DNA of 64,000 nt, taken from contig JAZDJQ010000012.1 of the NCBI GenBank assembly GCA_043803765.1, positions 1,165 to 65,164 of the forward strand. Direction: 5' to 3'. Positions within the stretch are counted from its first letter, which is position 1, and each line of letters begins with the position of its first letter. The DNA comes from Candidatus Iainarchaeum sp. (GTDB lineage Archaea > Iainarchaeota > Iainarchaeia > Iainarchaeales > VGJJ01). Positions 56,101-64,000 of the stretch are shown here, in pieces. The translations under genes and the position numbers were made by a program. Under the pieces are notes generated by a model. The model ran no database searches. It was not told where the DNA came from and saw nothing but the letters and a program-made list of their open reading frames with translations.

Positions 56101-59100
56101 TGGTGTCTTCCGAGTCTTTTCCAAAAAGGACGAATGCGGTCTTGGTCATGTCAAATGCCCTATCTTGAGTTGCTCTCATCTTGACATCCAGTCTTGCAAT
56201 TCGCTCGAATGCGTTCCCCTGAATTCGGGCATGAACCGTTACATCGTATGATCCTGGAAGAGTTGCTTGCGTTCTCTTGATTGTGAATGTATTCGTTTTC
56301 GTGATAACTTGTTTCAGTGGTTGGACTTCGATTGCTCCTTTGGGTGCTCCTCCCGAGCATCCTTCGTTTCCCTGTTCGATGCAGAAAGCGACTTCTACGG
56401 GTGTCTTACATGCGGTTACATCAATGAGGAATGTTGCTTTATTTTCTCCCGAGCGGATGGTGACTCCTTTTCCTGGTTCGGGTGCGATTTTCACGCATGA
56501 TTCAAGCGTATTGACTCCTACTTGTATTGGAATGGTTTTGCTAACGAGGATGGGGGCTTCCGGGTTTCCTATTTCTCCTCCAACCGATAGAGTGAATCCC
56601 CCCGTTTTCCCTGAAAGCGGCTTGTAGGGGATAAACGTAAGCGAAGCATCGTATTCTCCTTTTTCTATTGATAGGAATTGCGAAGCGAGGGGAGTGTATG
56701 CTCCTTTCTGTAGTACTTGGGAATAGGTTTCTTGTGTTTCAGGGTCCTTTATGCTCAATACGAGTTGTCCAAGCGCATTTCCACTCCAATCCACTTTGGC
56801 TTGGATGTGACGCATCTCAACACTATCTCCTCCAACGATACAATCGTGTGAAAGAGTAAATGGAATTGTTCCTTCGTGTTCGAATGGTCTGATTTCGAAT
56901 CTTTCTCCTTCTATTCCATTAAGCACGATTCCCCCATTCTGGCAATCGGACAACGGAGCAAGGTGGATGGTGAGAGGGATATTCGCTAAATATTTTTGAT
57001 TCGTGTAGCTGTTCACCCCTTCCACGAGAATGCTTCCGCTGACTAATTGTGTTTGGTTGATTTTTACCACGGGTTTGGTTTGGGCAAGAATGAAAAACGA
57101 TTCTTTCTTTCCCGGTGCTATTTCCATCCCTTCTTGTTGCTGGATGTTTTCTTTCATTTCTTTTTCATCGAGCCATGCATGGGGTGAAAGTTGGAGTGAC
57201 ATTCCTGAAATAGTGAATGGGCTTCCGGCAATGTTTTGAATGGATAATTCTTTCACTTCCCTTGCATTCCCTACAAGGGGTAAATTAAATATTATTTCAG
57301 CAGGAGTCAACTGAAAAGGAGAAATGATGACGGGCAATACAATACTGGCGTCCGCGTAGTCTTTCTTTTGAAGAATGATAATGTAGTTTTCCCCGGGCCA
57401 TCCTCCCGTGATCGTAGCAGACGCACTTCCGTCGTTAATCGTATTCGTTTGTCCCCATAAAATGGTAGTGCCATCCGTTCCTTTCTGATAGAGGTTGACG
57501 AGCACTCCTTCGATTGGTTTTTCCATTGCATCGTTGACGTAAATCGTGATCGTGGTGGGGGTGAAAGGAAAGATTCCTGTTACACTACTATTCACTTTCA
57601 TTTCTTGCAGGGATTCCACTCCAAGTGCAATGGATGATTCGGCTACTATTTCCTCTTCATCGTACACGCGTAATACAAAATCGGCTATCCCATTCTGTGC
57701 GGCATGGAATGTAACATTTCCAATTATCCATTCCCCCGTGGAAAGGCTTCCTAATGAAATCGTATTGGGTGAAATGGGAATGGTAATTGTATCCATTCCT
57801 TTTTCTTCTATTATTTCTCCATTCGGGGTCTGGAAAAAATAGTTCGTTATCTTAATAGGAAACTCGTCTCCAATTATGTTCCCTGTTAATCGGATGTTTC
57901 CATTGGTTCCTTTTTTTCCCGCTTGAATAATGAATGAATAGGTGTATTCTCTCCCCGCTATTAGAGTGGAATGAGGACCCAATACGACTCCTTCATCCTG
58001 ATCCAATAGTGTTTCTCCTGCGATGCACACAATATCCCCGCAATTCCATTTTTCTCCAAAAAATAGTGTTTGCACATGCGAGTCGGCATAGAATTTGTTT
58101 TTTTCCGATGTGTTTTCGGCTAGTTCAAGCGTTGCATCGGCAGGACTCCGAATAAACAATCCGTCTTCCGTTTCCCCCCATGCACGATAATAGAGAGGAG
58201 TGTTTCCTCCTAAAGAAGCTGAATCATTTACATATAGTTGAACGTCAATCCAATAATCCCCACTCGTATCGCTATTCCACGTCCACTCTCCCCATTTTCC
58301 ATCTCCATTCGTCACATGCGCGGAATCATATTCCCATCCGTTCACTTGGGAATAGGTTGTTCCTTTTTCGGTTTGACCCGTGCTTCCGATTAAATCGTGA
58401 ATGGCAATAGTGTCCGTATCCAATAGTCCATCGTATCCTTCTCGTACGTGGATTCCTATTTTTTTCCATTTTCCTTGTGGAATCGTCACGCGGAATTTCC
58501 CCGTATAGTGTCCTCCCGGTTTCAGCATGGACACGCTTTTTCCCGTTAGGGTATCTCTCCACCCTTCCAATTGTACCTGAACATCACTCCCAATCTCTTC
58601 TTTTCTCAAAAAGGGTTTAATCATTATTTTTTTACCCGGAATTAATGAATAGTTTGTTGTGGTGAGGGAAACATACCCCGGAGCGGACGCTTGGATATAT
58701 ACGTATCGGTCTGCTTTGAACACGTGCGTAGCAATCCCCTTTTCGTCTGCTTGAACGAGGCATGTTTCATCCGGACAATCCACATCAAAAAGAGTGTGAA
58801 ATAACACCGTAGCAAAAGGGATTATTTTTCCAAGGGAATCCACTACTTCTACTTGAACAGTGGATTCTCCTAGCGTGAGCACCACATCCACTTGGGTGGG
58901 TTCTCCTTTTTCTAAGAAAAAGGGCGGTGTTTCCACGTAGCTATAATTTCCCTTCATAACACTTACTGCGTAATTTCCTGTTGGAATTCCTTTCACGCTT
59001 GTTCTTCCCTGCGCGTCCGTTGGAGTAATCGTGATTCCAATGGGTGTTCCCGTTCCGGTAATATCAATGAGTTGAACGATTGCCCCCAAAACGGGCATTC

Positions 59101-60382
59101 CTTTTTCGTCTCGCACCGTAACATTGACTATTCCTGAATTCTCTGAATTGGCTAAAGACAATGAGAAAACGGTTTCAGTTTCTCCTTGTATTGTTGAAAA
59201 AACCTTTTTACTATACACATAGTCGGGGTGCTTCACCACGATGGTTATTCCTTCTCCTGTTGTCAATCCAATAGTAGAAATGATTCCTTCCGAGTTGGTT
59301 TGTTTTTCAGCAATAACAGTATTCGTTTTGGTACTCAACACGATGACGTTGGCTCCTTGAATAGGTTGGTTGGAAAAAGCATCTACTGCTCTAACAACTA
59401 ATGTTCCCTTTATGCTCTTGGACAACACCCATCTTTCCTCATGCACGGTATGCGGGGCTATTTCAATAATAGGACTCGTTCCAACTCCATAATTTCCCGA
59501 TTCATCAAGGAATGAAAAATAATAATCTCCTCCTTCCAAATCAAAAGATACGTATCCTAGCAGATTCGTCTTTTTTTCTCCTGCCAAAACGTGGGTTGAC
59601 GTGAATGCTTGCACGTTCACTCCTGAAAGAGGAGTATTTCCCTCATCTTTTTGTATAATCCATTCTGCTCTTCCGGTTGGAATGCTCTTTTTTTCAAGCG
59701 AAATAACCGTATTCTCTGGAGAAAGCGCTATTTGGGATAGGGGAACATACCCCTCTAATTGAATATTTGCTTTTGGTTTCTCGCATCCAAGTGGTGGAGT
59801 AATGGAAAAAAATCCGTCCGTGATGGACTCGGTTGTAGGAATGAAAGACATTCCATTTTCACACGCGAGATGAATTTCCCCATTTTTTCCCTGAATAATT
59901 TGATGTGATGCATCTACCAAATGAAATGTCCATTCAGGGGGGGCTAATGAAATAGGCATCAATACTATTTTCACCGGCTCATGCGTCCTATTAACTATAA
60001 TTTCTTTTTGCAGTGTTTCCCATTCCTCTCCGCTCAACGTTACAAAAAGATGGGTTCCCGCAGGAACAGACTCAAACAGTACTCTTCCCGTTCCGTCAGT
60101 GGTTAGGGAAAATTCTTCTTTGTTAAACACTCCTTCTACTGTGATTCCGGATATGGGAAACCCGTCGGATGAAACCGCATAGAGTGAAACATTCCCAACA
60201 CTTGAATTGAATAAATAAAAAAAGAGTCCGCCAACAAAAAATAAGAGCAATAATCCAAACACGTACATGCTTGGAACAATCTTATCGATAGGGTCCACTA
60301 TTCGATAAACCGGAATGACGGAGTCAACCGCATCAAGGAAACGATAATACGCGTCCTCTACCCGGTGAAGCCAATTAGGCAT
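53150..60382 (-). CDS. Giant (2410 aa) membrane-anchored surface protein. Layout: N-terminal TM, many CarbopepD_reg/Ig-like beta-sandwich repeats, internal hydrophobic A/G/T-rich segment plus TM, acidic linker, C-terminal module of about 625 aa shared with the downstream paralog
   Basis: N-terminal TM (YVFGLLLLFFVGGLFFYLF). Repeats of the type GTHLFVTLSG..., GANVIVLSTKTN...SEGIIS, GAIVQLIDITG...DAQGRTSVKGIPTGNYAV. Internal segment ...GTAVSTAATQLASSYIVPQLASAALAPTATAATQTAANVGAYAF...ILSFMLGCPVCIIIGIIVAILV. Acidic stretch EEDGDDEEGEGKE. C-terminal module rich in N-x-S/T sequons, ending ...SIQDVFDLVAKGDVCVYDNGVEALFYWNDDA.... Confidence 0.8.
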   Translation of the reverse strand: MPNWLHRVEDAYYRFLDAVDSVIPVYRIVDPIDKIVPSMYVFGLLLLFFVGGLFFYLFNSSVGNVSLYAVSSDGFPISGITVEGVFNKEEFSLTTDGTGRVLFESVPAGTHLFVTLSGEEWETLQKEIIVNRTHEPVKIVLMPISLAPPEWTFHLVDASHQIIQGKNGEIHLACENGMSFIPTTESITDGFFSITPPLGCEKPKANIQLEGYVPLSQIALSPENTVISLEKKSIPTGRAEWIIQKDEGNTPLSGVNVQAFTSTHVLAGEKKTNLLGYVSFDLEGGDYYFSFLDESGNYGVGTSPIIEIAPHTVHEERWVLSKSIKGTLVVRAVDAFSNQPIQGANVIVLSTKTNTVIAEKQTNSEGIISTIGLTTGEGITIVVKHPDYVYSKKVFSTIQGETETVFSLSLANSENSGIVNVTVRDEKGMPVLGAIVQLIDITGTGTPIGITITPTDAQGRTSVKGIPTGNYAVSVMKGNYSYVETPPFFLEKGEPTQVDVVLTLGESTVQVEVVDSLGKIIPFATVLFHTLFDVDCPDETCLVQADEKGIATHVFKADRYVYIQASAPGYVSLTTTNYSLIPGKKIMIKPFLRKEEIGSDVQVQLEGWRDTLTGKSVSMLKPGGHYTGKFRVTIPQGKWKKIGIHVREGYDGLLDTDTIAIHDLIGSTGQTEKGTTYSQVNGWEYDSAHVTNGDGKWGEWTWNSDTSGDYWIDVQLYVNDSASLGGNTPLYYRAWGETEDGLFIRSPADATLELAENTSEKNKFYADSHVQTLFFGEKWNCGDIVCIAGETLLDQDEGVVLGPHSTLIAGREYTYSFIIQAGKKGTNGNIRLTGNIIGDEFPIKITNYFFQTPNGEIIEEKGMDTITIPISPNTISLGSLSTGEWIIGNVTFHAAQNGIADFVLRVYDEEEIVAESSIALGVESLQEMKVNSSVTGIFPFTPTTITIYVNDAMEKPIEGVLVNLYQKGTDGTTILWGQTNTINDGSASATITGGWPGENYIIILQKKDYADASIVLPVIISPFQLTPAEIIFNLPLVGNAREVKELSIQNIAGSPFTISGMSLQLSPHAWLDEKEMKENIQQQEGMEIAPGKKESFFILAQTKPVVKINQTQLVSGSILVEGVNSYTNQKYLANIPLTIHLAPLSDCQNGGIVLNGIEGERFEIRPFEHEGTIPFTLSHDCIVGGDSVEMRHIQAKVDWSGNALGQLVLSIKDPETQETYSQVLQKGAYTPLASQFLSIEKGEYDASLTFIPYKPLSGKTGGFTLSVGGEIGNPEAPILVSKTIPIQVGVNTLESCVKIAPEPGKGVTIRSGENKATFLIDVTACKTPVEVAFCIEQGNEGCSGGAPKGAIEVQPLKQVITKTNTFTIKRTQATLPGSYDVTVHARIQGNAFERIARLDVKMRATQDRAFDMTKTAFVLFGKDSEDTTIVLNRLYKEKVSVTAAVCHWMTSSQQTDEGFWVGQAAGTAVSTAATQLASSYIVPQLASAALAPTATAATQTAANVGAYAFSSLGSTIGGMTGAGPILTKILSFMLGCPVCIIIGIIVAILVSMMMAEDVDLCEMFFTVTDMDDYIIHLKGITEGEEVVLPPDAINVQLSSNISTHFKGKWVLNEQEIFNDTEEDGDDEEGEGKEIQSVGARFTNIEGYANTTPLFGVVTLRATEHIHGDAEHKGEGKVSCVNGEFQNYKIGPEEDHGSCDGTEDTIREEKFHVKFKTAEHTQTLPFPYVNAEACNAGTIQGNTGEEILPKIAYNWRWDEEYGVPMGACDAENANGIYCDATQFNIDLMKRLRALEEFLEANNYTFDCPTNPNSQPQSVFKQVNKIIKDEKVGVKGIGYSITKTNEITFTASIENRTLMPVDGNMIIYLFAESLSTDYENAPKPIDLSCTSVGTIDTGKTAEYVCSIPNLAAEKYDIMYVFGLPDDGTQSPVVQFLSVNVNNYVNKTIGHCPEYPKSTKLLGGKPALNQWIDGDDEEFGQYVNEKNVIFTPSVPNVETLNKLTHFTANLMADGYSDDFKDDFANYYNKISFADAPPWFVGSNEHKGYRRFYEKKNALEFVYKYGEQTYIHTPGKYSIDMDVEIEGDDWQFFDLGGKPKAKIKIQFYLLDTPIINSPFYRIPIDGEVGLVNGVMQREGYGMEYAHENGFIKINDSFVETHDDMQKDGSFVLHTLVERGITQLNTRPETRGRLLYVNAPTGMGDYTMAFSPSIATPLIAKVSHAQTNQPFSVYYSLSDGGEPVITGETLNYWDGVQGCMDYEGMDSAIAFNQKPDRRANNEEQLTNWQYVYAQDWGYASTGGNAYLHTLFYTPTDGSFTLSAEKQGIQFATSNYPTFTTTQFLDGVSSVEHNNPSQVVDSIQDVFDLVAKGDVCVYDNGVEALFYWNDDALYQAMGANSMDQIMSKLTPNQTCI

Positions 60383-60556
60383 TTTCCACTCCCTTCATGG
60401 TTCATCTCGGGGACTTTTCCTTTAAATGAGTCCTCTTAAGAGCAGACATTATGCCCGGTTGGGCGGGCCCAAAATAATCCCATGATAAATACCAGAACGA
60501 CCGCTTCGCTCTCTCAGATTCTTGGAACGAATGGTCTGTGAGGCGCGTGCTGGACC

Positions 60557-61219
60557 TCAATTGCCAGATAATTTACTAATAATATTCCACACATCGTCGC
60601 CCGATGGAAGGGTTACGCCACCACCGGATCCCCCAGAATAGCGGGGACCAGGGTCAGAATAGCTAAACGTACAATGGTCCCTCATAAAAACACTTCCCGT
60701 TATGCTGCAACTCCACATGCCATCATTCCCACTACTCACCGGTTTCGAATCACACAAACTCCAATCAGAGACGCCGTCCTCATCCCCAGGGTCAGAAGAC
60801 ATAGCTGAAGAAGGACACTCATACTCCACTAGACCCTCCTCTTCTTCAACGACAACACTACATGTTCCAGAACAAGAGGGAGTATGGACGAGTCCTATCT
60901 GGTGCCAACAATTAGGAACCCTTTCGCAGATTTCCTCATTTTGCGCCGTTTCGGCATTTTGGGAGACAACACATGCATTGTACTGCGCAGTACAGATAGC
61001 CATGGCAGACGTAAAGGTTGTATGAGCATCGTAACCGGATAAATTTCCTCCCGCGTTACAGGTGGTGTTCGTGGCTTTCGGACAAACACCCGCCGATCCT
61101 CCCCCAGCCAATCCCGATGGCGGAATGGTAGAAGACGTCTGCGCCCATGCAAGGAACAATGCAGCTAAAATAATCATCAATGCAACTGGAAAAAGAGAAC
61201 GGGGATTACGAGAAGGCAT
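60557..61219 (-). CDS. Cys-rich small secreted/membrane-anchored protein (paralog A)
   Basis: N-terminal anchor RSLFPVALMIILAALFLAWA, about 15 Cys, G/S-rich C-terminus with a DDVWN motif, several N-x-S/T sequons. Confidence 0.55.
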   Translation of the reverse strand: MPSRNPRSLFPVALMIILAALFLAWAQTSSTIPPSGLAGGGSAGVCPKATNTTCNAGGNLSGYDAHTTFTSAMAICTAQYNACVVSQNAETAQNEEICERVPNCWHQIGLVHTPSCSGTCSVVVEEEEGLVEYECPSSAMSSDPGDEDGVSDWSLCDSKPVSSGNDGMWSCSITGSVFMRDHCTFSYSDPGPRYSGGSGGGVTLPSGDDVWNIISKLSGN

Positions 61220-61255
61220 ACAATGAAAATCCGGTTCCTTCTATTTAAACACCAC

Positions 61256-62038
61256 CTATTTCCCTTCTTGTTTCTTTTTCTCCTCTTCATTCCACACACT
61301 TATTTCCTCGTCGCCCCAAGGCCCCGCCCCTCCTCCTCCGGGCAACGGACCTTGAGTTGTAGGAGTAGGGGTCGTGGCGCCTGTTACTGGACCTCCCCCT
61401 GTTGAAGGACCGACTCCTCCCCCACTGTCAGACGATGAAATACCGATGCACGTTGGGGGGCCCCAAACTTTAAACCCTTTGACACTGCATCGATAAAAAT
61501 TCATAAAAGCGGGATCCGGAATACCCCCCTGCCAATCTTCATACGTACAGGGTTCGGCACTAGCTTCACCATCCCTAACCGTGAATTCACAATGCTCAAC
61601 AGAGTAGGTGCCGTCATCATTTCTTTTTATCCTGCCACACTCACCAGCACCACCGGGCATATCATTCTTCCCACAATCATACCCAGCAGTTCTTCCTTTG
61701 GTATATTCACAATATGAAACCTTTTCGCAATCCGACTCTTTGCTACTTGGATCTCTTTTGCATTGGTCCATCTTTGATTGGCAATCACTCTTTGCTTTGT
61801 TATAGGCTTCAAGTAGTCCACCATCACTAGCGCTCACCCCTTTTGCAAAACACCACCCTCCTCCTTTCATTTCAGGACATTCAGCCACGGCACCCCCTAC
61901 TGGGAGTCCAGTGGATTGAGTATTTTCAGTACTGTTAACCCAAACGATGAATAGTGCTGCCAGCGCGATCATTATAATGACGGGAAAAAAGGAGCGCTGA
62001 TTGGGGGAAGGCATGAAGGTACGTATTTTTCTCGACAT
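61256..62038 (-). CDS. Cys-rich small secreted/membrane-anchored protein (paralog B)
   Basis: N-terminal anchor RSFFPVIIMIALAALFIVWV, about 16 Cys, G/P/T-rich linker, C-terminal ISVWNEEEKKK. Shares the anchor and the VWN motif with paralog A. Confidence 0.55.
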   Translation of the reverse strand: MSRKIRTFMPSPNQRSFFPVIIMIALAALFIVWVNSTENTQSTGLPVGGAVAECPEMKGGGWCFAKGVSASDGGLLEAYNKAKSDCQSKMDQCKRDPSSKESDCEKVSYCEYTKGRTAGYDCGKNDMPGGAGECGRIKRNDDGTYSVEHCEFTVRDGEASAEPCTYEDWQGGIPDPAFMNFYRCSVKGFKVWGPPTCIGISSSDSGGGVGPSTGGGPVTGATTPTPTTQGPLPGGGGAGPWGDEEISVWNEEEKKKQEGK

Positions 62039-62047
62039 ATTTAATTG

Positions 62048-64000
62048 TTATCCTCCGGGCGGGCCTAAACATGTTTTTCCTGCTTTTAGTTTGTTGGTTT
62101 CAGCGCTGATGCTTGTTTGTCCTGTTTGTTTGTATATTGTTTCAGGGTTCCAGAAGAATCGTGCTTTTGCTCCCGAGTCGCTTATGCAAATCTTTCCATC
62201 CGCTACAAGGTCGAACACGTCTTGGATGGAATCAATAACGGATGAACCATTGTTGTAGGGCATGGTGGTGATTCCGTCCAGTATTTGGGTGGTGGAATAG
62301 GTTGGATCGTTTGCCGTGATGAATTTGGCAGTGGTTGCCTCGGAACTCAATGAGTAGGCTCCATCGGTTGAAGTATACAATATGGTGCGCAAGTAGGCTT
62401 TTCCTCCAACTAATGCTTTCTCCCAATCTACTGCATACAAGTATGGCCAGCTTGTGTATTTGTCCGTGGGTGTTCCTGCTCTGTCCGGGGAATAATTAAA
62501 CTTTTCATAGATGGGCGTTCCCGTGAAATCGTAGCAGTTTCCTGCTCCTTCCCAGAATGTGAGGGTGTTTCCCGTGTCTTGGGGAACTCCATTCTGATTA
62601 ATTTGGTAGTAGGCCGCGAATGGATTGGGTGTTATTTTGTGGTTTACTTGCATCATGATCGGTGTTGCAAGGGATGGAGTGAACACGATAGTCTGGTCAC
62701 CGGCTCCGGATGGTGCGGTTACTTCGAGGATATTTCCTCTCGTGCTGGGGAGACTATTTAGTTTTCGCAGATCGGATGACTTGTCTACGGTAACACTGGC
62801 GAGTGCAGAGCTCCCCATTCCTGAATAGGTTTGGACAAGCGAATCGTTTATTTTCACCAATTCTTGGCTCGTGTTGATGTATTCCACTCCATAACCTACC
62901 CTATCAAATACCGTGTTCTCTACTCCAACGAGTCCATCGAGTGGCATCCGGTAGAACGGAGAATTGGGTGATGGTTCTTCGAGGTGATAGAATTCTGCGA
63001 TGATGGCAGCCGATGGTTTTCCTTCTGCATCGAAGAATTTCCAATCGTCCTTAAATAGGATGGAAAGGTCGATACGATACTTTCCTGCGGCTGGAAGCAG
63101 TGGGTCATTAAAATATTTGTTGGTGAACGCCAAGTAATCCGTTCCATAATATTGGGCGAATCCAACATTCCCAACGGATCCCTTGAACCATACGGGGGCA
63201 TCCGCAAAACTCGTGTTGGAATAATACTCCCTGAAGTCATTCTCGAAGTCCGCCGAGTACCCATCCCGAATGAGGTAGGCATCGAAGTGCATGAGGTTGG
63301 TTAATGCTTGTACGCTGGGAACCTGCGGGGTGAATACTACACTGGTGTCATTTACGTTGCTCCCGTAATTGGGGTCGGATGTGTCGATCCAATAATTGAT
63401 GGCAGGAGTGCCGAAAACCAATATAGTTCCCTTGGGAATATTCTTGCATGTTCCGTTGTTCTGTTCTTCCATGCTGTCCGTGTCGATGGGGACGATGGAT
63501 TGGCTGTAGGTGATGTTAGAAGTGGTGGTGCTGGATAATGCGAATCCTGCCCAATACGTGCTGCTTATTCCGAATCCGGTTACCGGGCACTCTAATCGTT
63601 TACCACTGTTGGCAGGAATGGTGCTGCTGACTACGCAATCATGTGGAATAACATCTCCTTCATTGTTGCTTCCAAATGAAATAGTAATAGTGGCATTCTG
63701 GGAGTTGGTATCGGTATTATTCACGTCCGCGATGAATATAATATTGGTAGAACTGTTCTCTGCGAACCGGTATCCTATTTGAGTGATTCCAATGAATCCT
63801 GGAGGGATACTTCCATTACCCGGGAAGTATAATTCTTTTTCTTGTTTTGCCGGGTCTTCCGGGCAGTCGAATTGGTAATTGTTTGCTTTCAGGAACTCGT
63901 CCAGTGCGTGGAGTCGCTTATTCATCATGATGTTGAATTGGGTAGCATCGCAATAAACATGGTTTGAGTTGCTCGCGTCACACGCATCAATAGGTATTCC
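62048..64000 (-). CDS. Second giant surface protein paralog, 3' (C-terminal) portion only. The gene continues beyond the window end
   Basis: The C-terminal module of about 625 aa is collinear with that of 53150-60382 (FDCP...DGYS[AD]DF[EK][ND]DF..Y[YS]N.SFADAP.WF...SIQDVFDLVA.G..C). The frame stays open upstream of the track's Met through position 64000 (GIPIDACDASNSNHVYCDATQFNI-MMNKRL...), matching GVPMGACDAENANGIYCDATQFNI-DLMKRL in the first paralog. Confidence 0.75.
   Translation of the reverse strand, partial: GIPIDACDASNSNHVYCDATQFNIMMNKRLHALDEFLKANNYQFDCPEDPAKQEKELYFPGNGSIPPGFIGITQIGYRFAENSSTNIIFIADVNNTDTNSQNATITISFGSNNEGDVIPHDCVVSSTIPANSGKRLECPVTGFGISSTYWAGFALSSTTTSNITYSQSIVPIDTDSMEEQNNGTCKNIPKGTILVFGTPAINYWIDTSDPNYGSNVNDTSVVFTPQVPSVQALTNLMHFDAYLIRDGYSADFENDFREYYSNTSFADAPVWFKGSVGNVGFAQYYGTDYLAFTNKYFNDPLLPAAGKYRIDLSILFKDDWKFFDAEGKPSAAIIAEFYHLEEPSPNSPFYRMPLDGLVGVENTVFDRVGYGVEYINTSQELVKINDSLVQTYSGMGSSALASVTVDKSSDLRKLNSLPSTRGNILEVTAPSGAGDQTIVFTPSLATPIMMQVNHKITPNPFAAYYQINQNGVPQDTGNTLTFWEGAGNCYDFTGTPIYEKFNYSPDRAGTPTDKYTSWPYLYAVDWEKALVGGKAYLRTILYTSTDGAYSLSSEATTAKFITANDPTYSTTQILDGITTMPYNNGSSVIDSIQDVFDLVADGKICISDSGAKARFFWNPETIYKQTGQTSISAETNKLKAGKTCLGPPGG

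Overview
This window is a gene-dense archaeal chromosomal segment. The archaeal assignment rests on an archaeal-type TBP, Spt5, SecE/Sec61-gamma, r-proteins L21e, L11, L1, P0 and P1, the conserved rpl21e-rpoF-DUF655-ksgA and ftsZ-secE-spt5-rpl11-rpl1-rplP0-rpl12 neighbourhoods, an archaeal-type GluRS, FtsZ-based division, AglB/STT3 and AglH. The giant surface proteins and heavy glycosylation machinery suggest a DPANN-like or other uncultivated archaeon, but that lineage call is speculative.

The window has three parts.

(1) Positions 1 to about 34,900 are a very large protein-glycosylation (Agl-type) super-cluster:
- seven or more GT4/GT-B glycosyltransferases and three GT2 enzymes;
- an AglH-like GlcNAc-1-P transferase, an Alg14-like protein and an Alg13::GT2 fusion, and the AglB/STT3 oligosaccharyltransferase;
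- a Wzx-like flippase;
- four or five SDR epimerase/dehydratases, RmlB, a sugar-1-P nucleotidyltransferase and a UDP-galactopyranose-mutase-like flavoenzyme;
- three cobalamin-binding radical SAM enzymes, one SPASM radical SAM enzyme and at least five SAM methyltransferases, two of them FkbM-type.

(2) Positions 34,900 to 52,100 are a housekeeping stretch:
- a structured two-copy repeat element and a DUF3850-like gene;
- TBP with a long charged tail, then L21e, RpoF, DUF655, KsgA, FtsZ, SecE and Spt5;
- L11, then an inserted GT4 glycosyltransferase, then L1, P0 and P1;
- a secreted Lon-S16-domain protease, threonine synthase, GluRS and a TrmB regulator.

(3) Positions 52,100 to 64,000 are the most unusual part:
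- two paralogous small membrane proteins with His/Glu-rich tails;
- a 2,410-aa giant surface protein built from Ig-like/CarbopepD_reg-like repeats, with a mid-protein hydrophobic segment and a sequon-rich C-terminal module of about 625 aa;
- two paralogous Cys-rich small secreted proteins;
- the 3' part of a second giant paralog that runs off the window and shares the C-terminal module at DNA level.

No rRNA, CRISPR array, transposase or canonical tRNA was found. The ORF track sometimes starts proteins at GTG or TTG, so several N-termini are probably shorter than listed.
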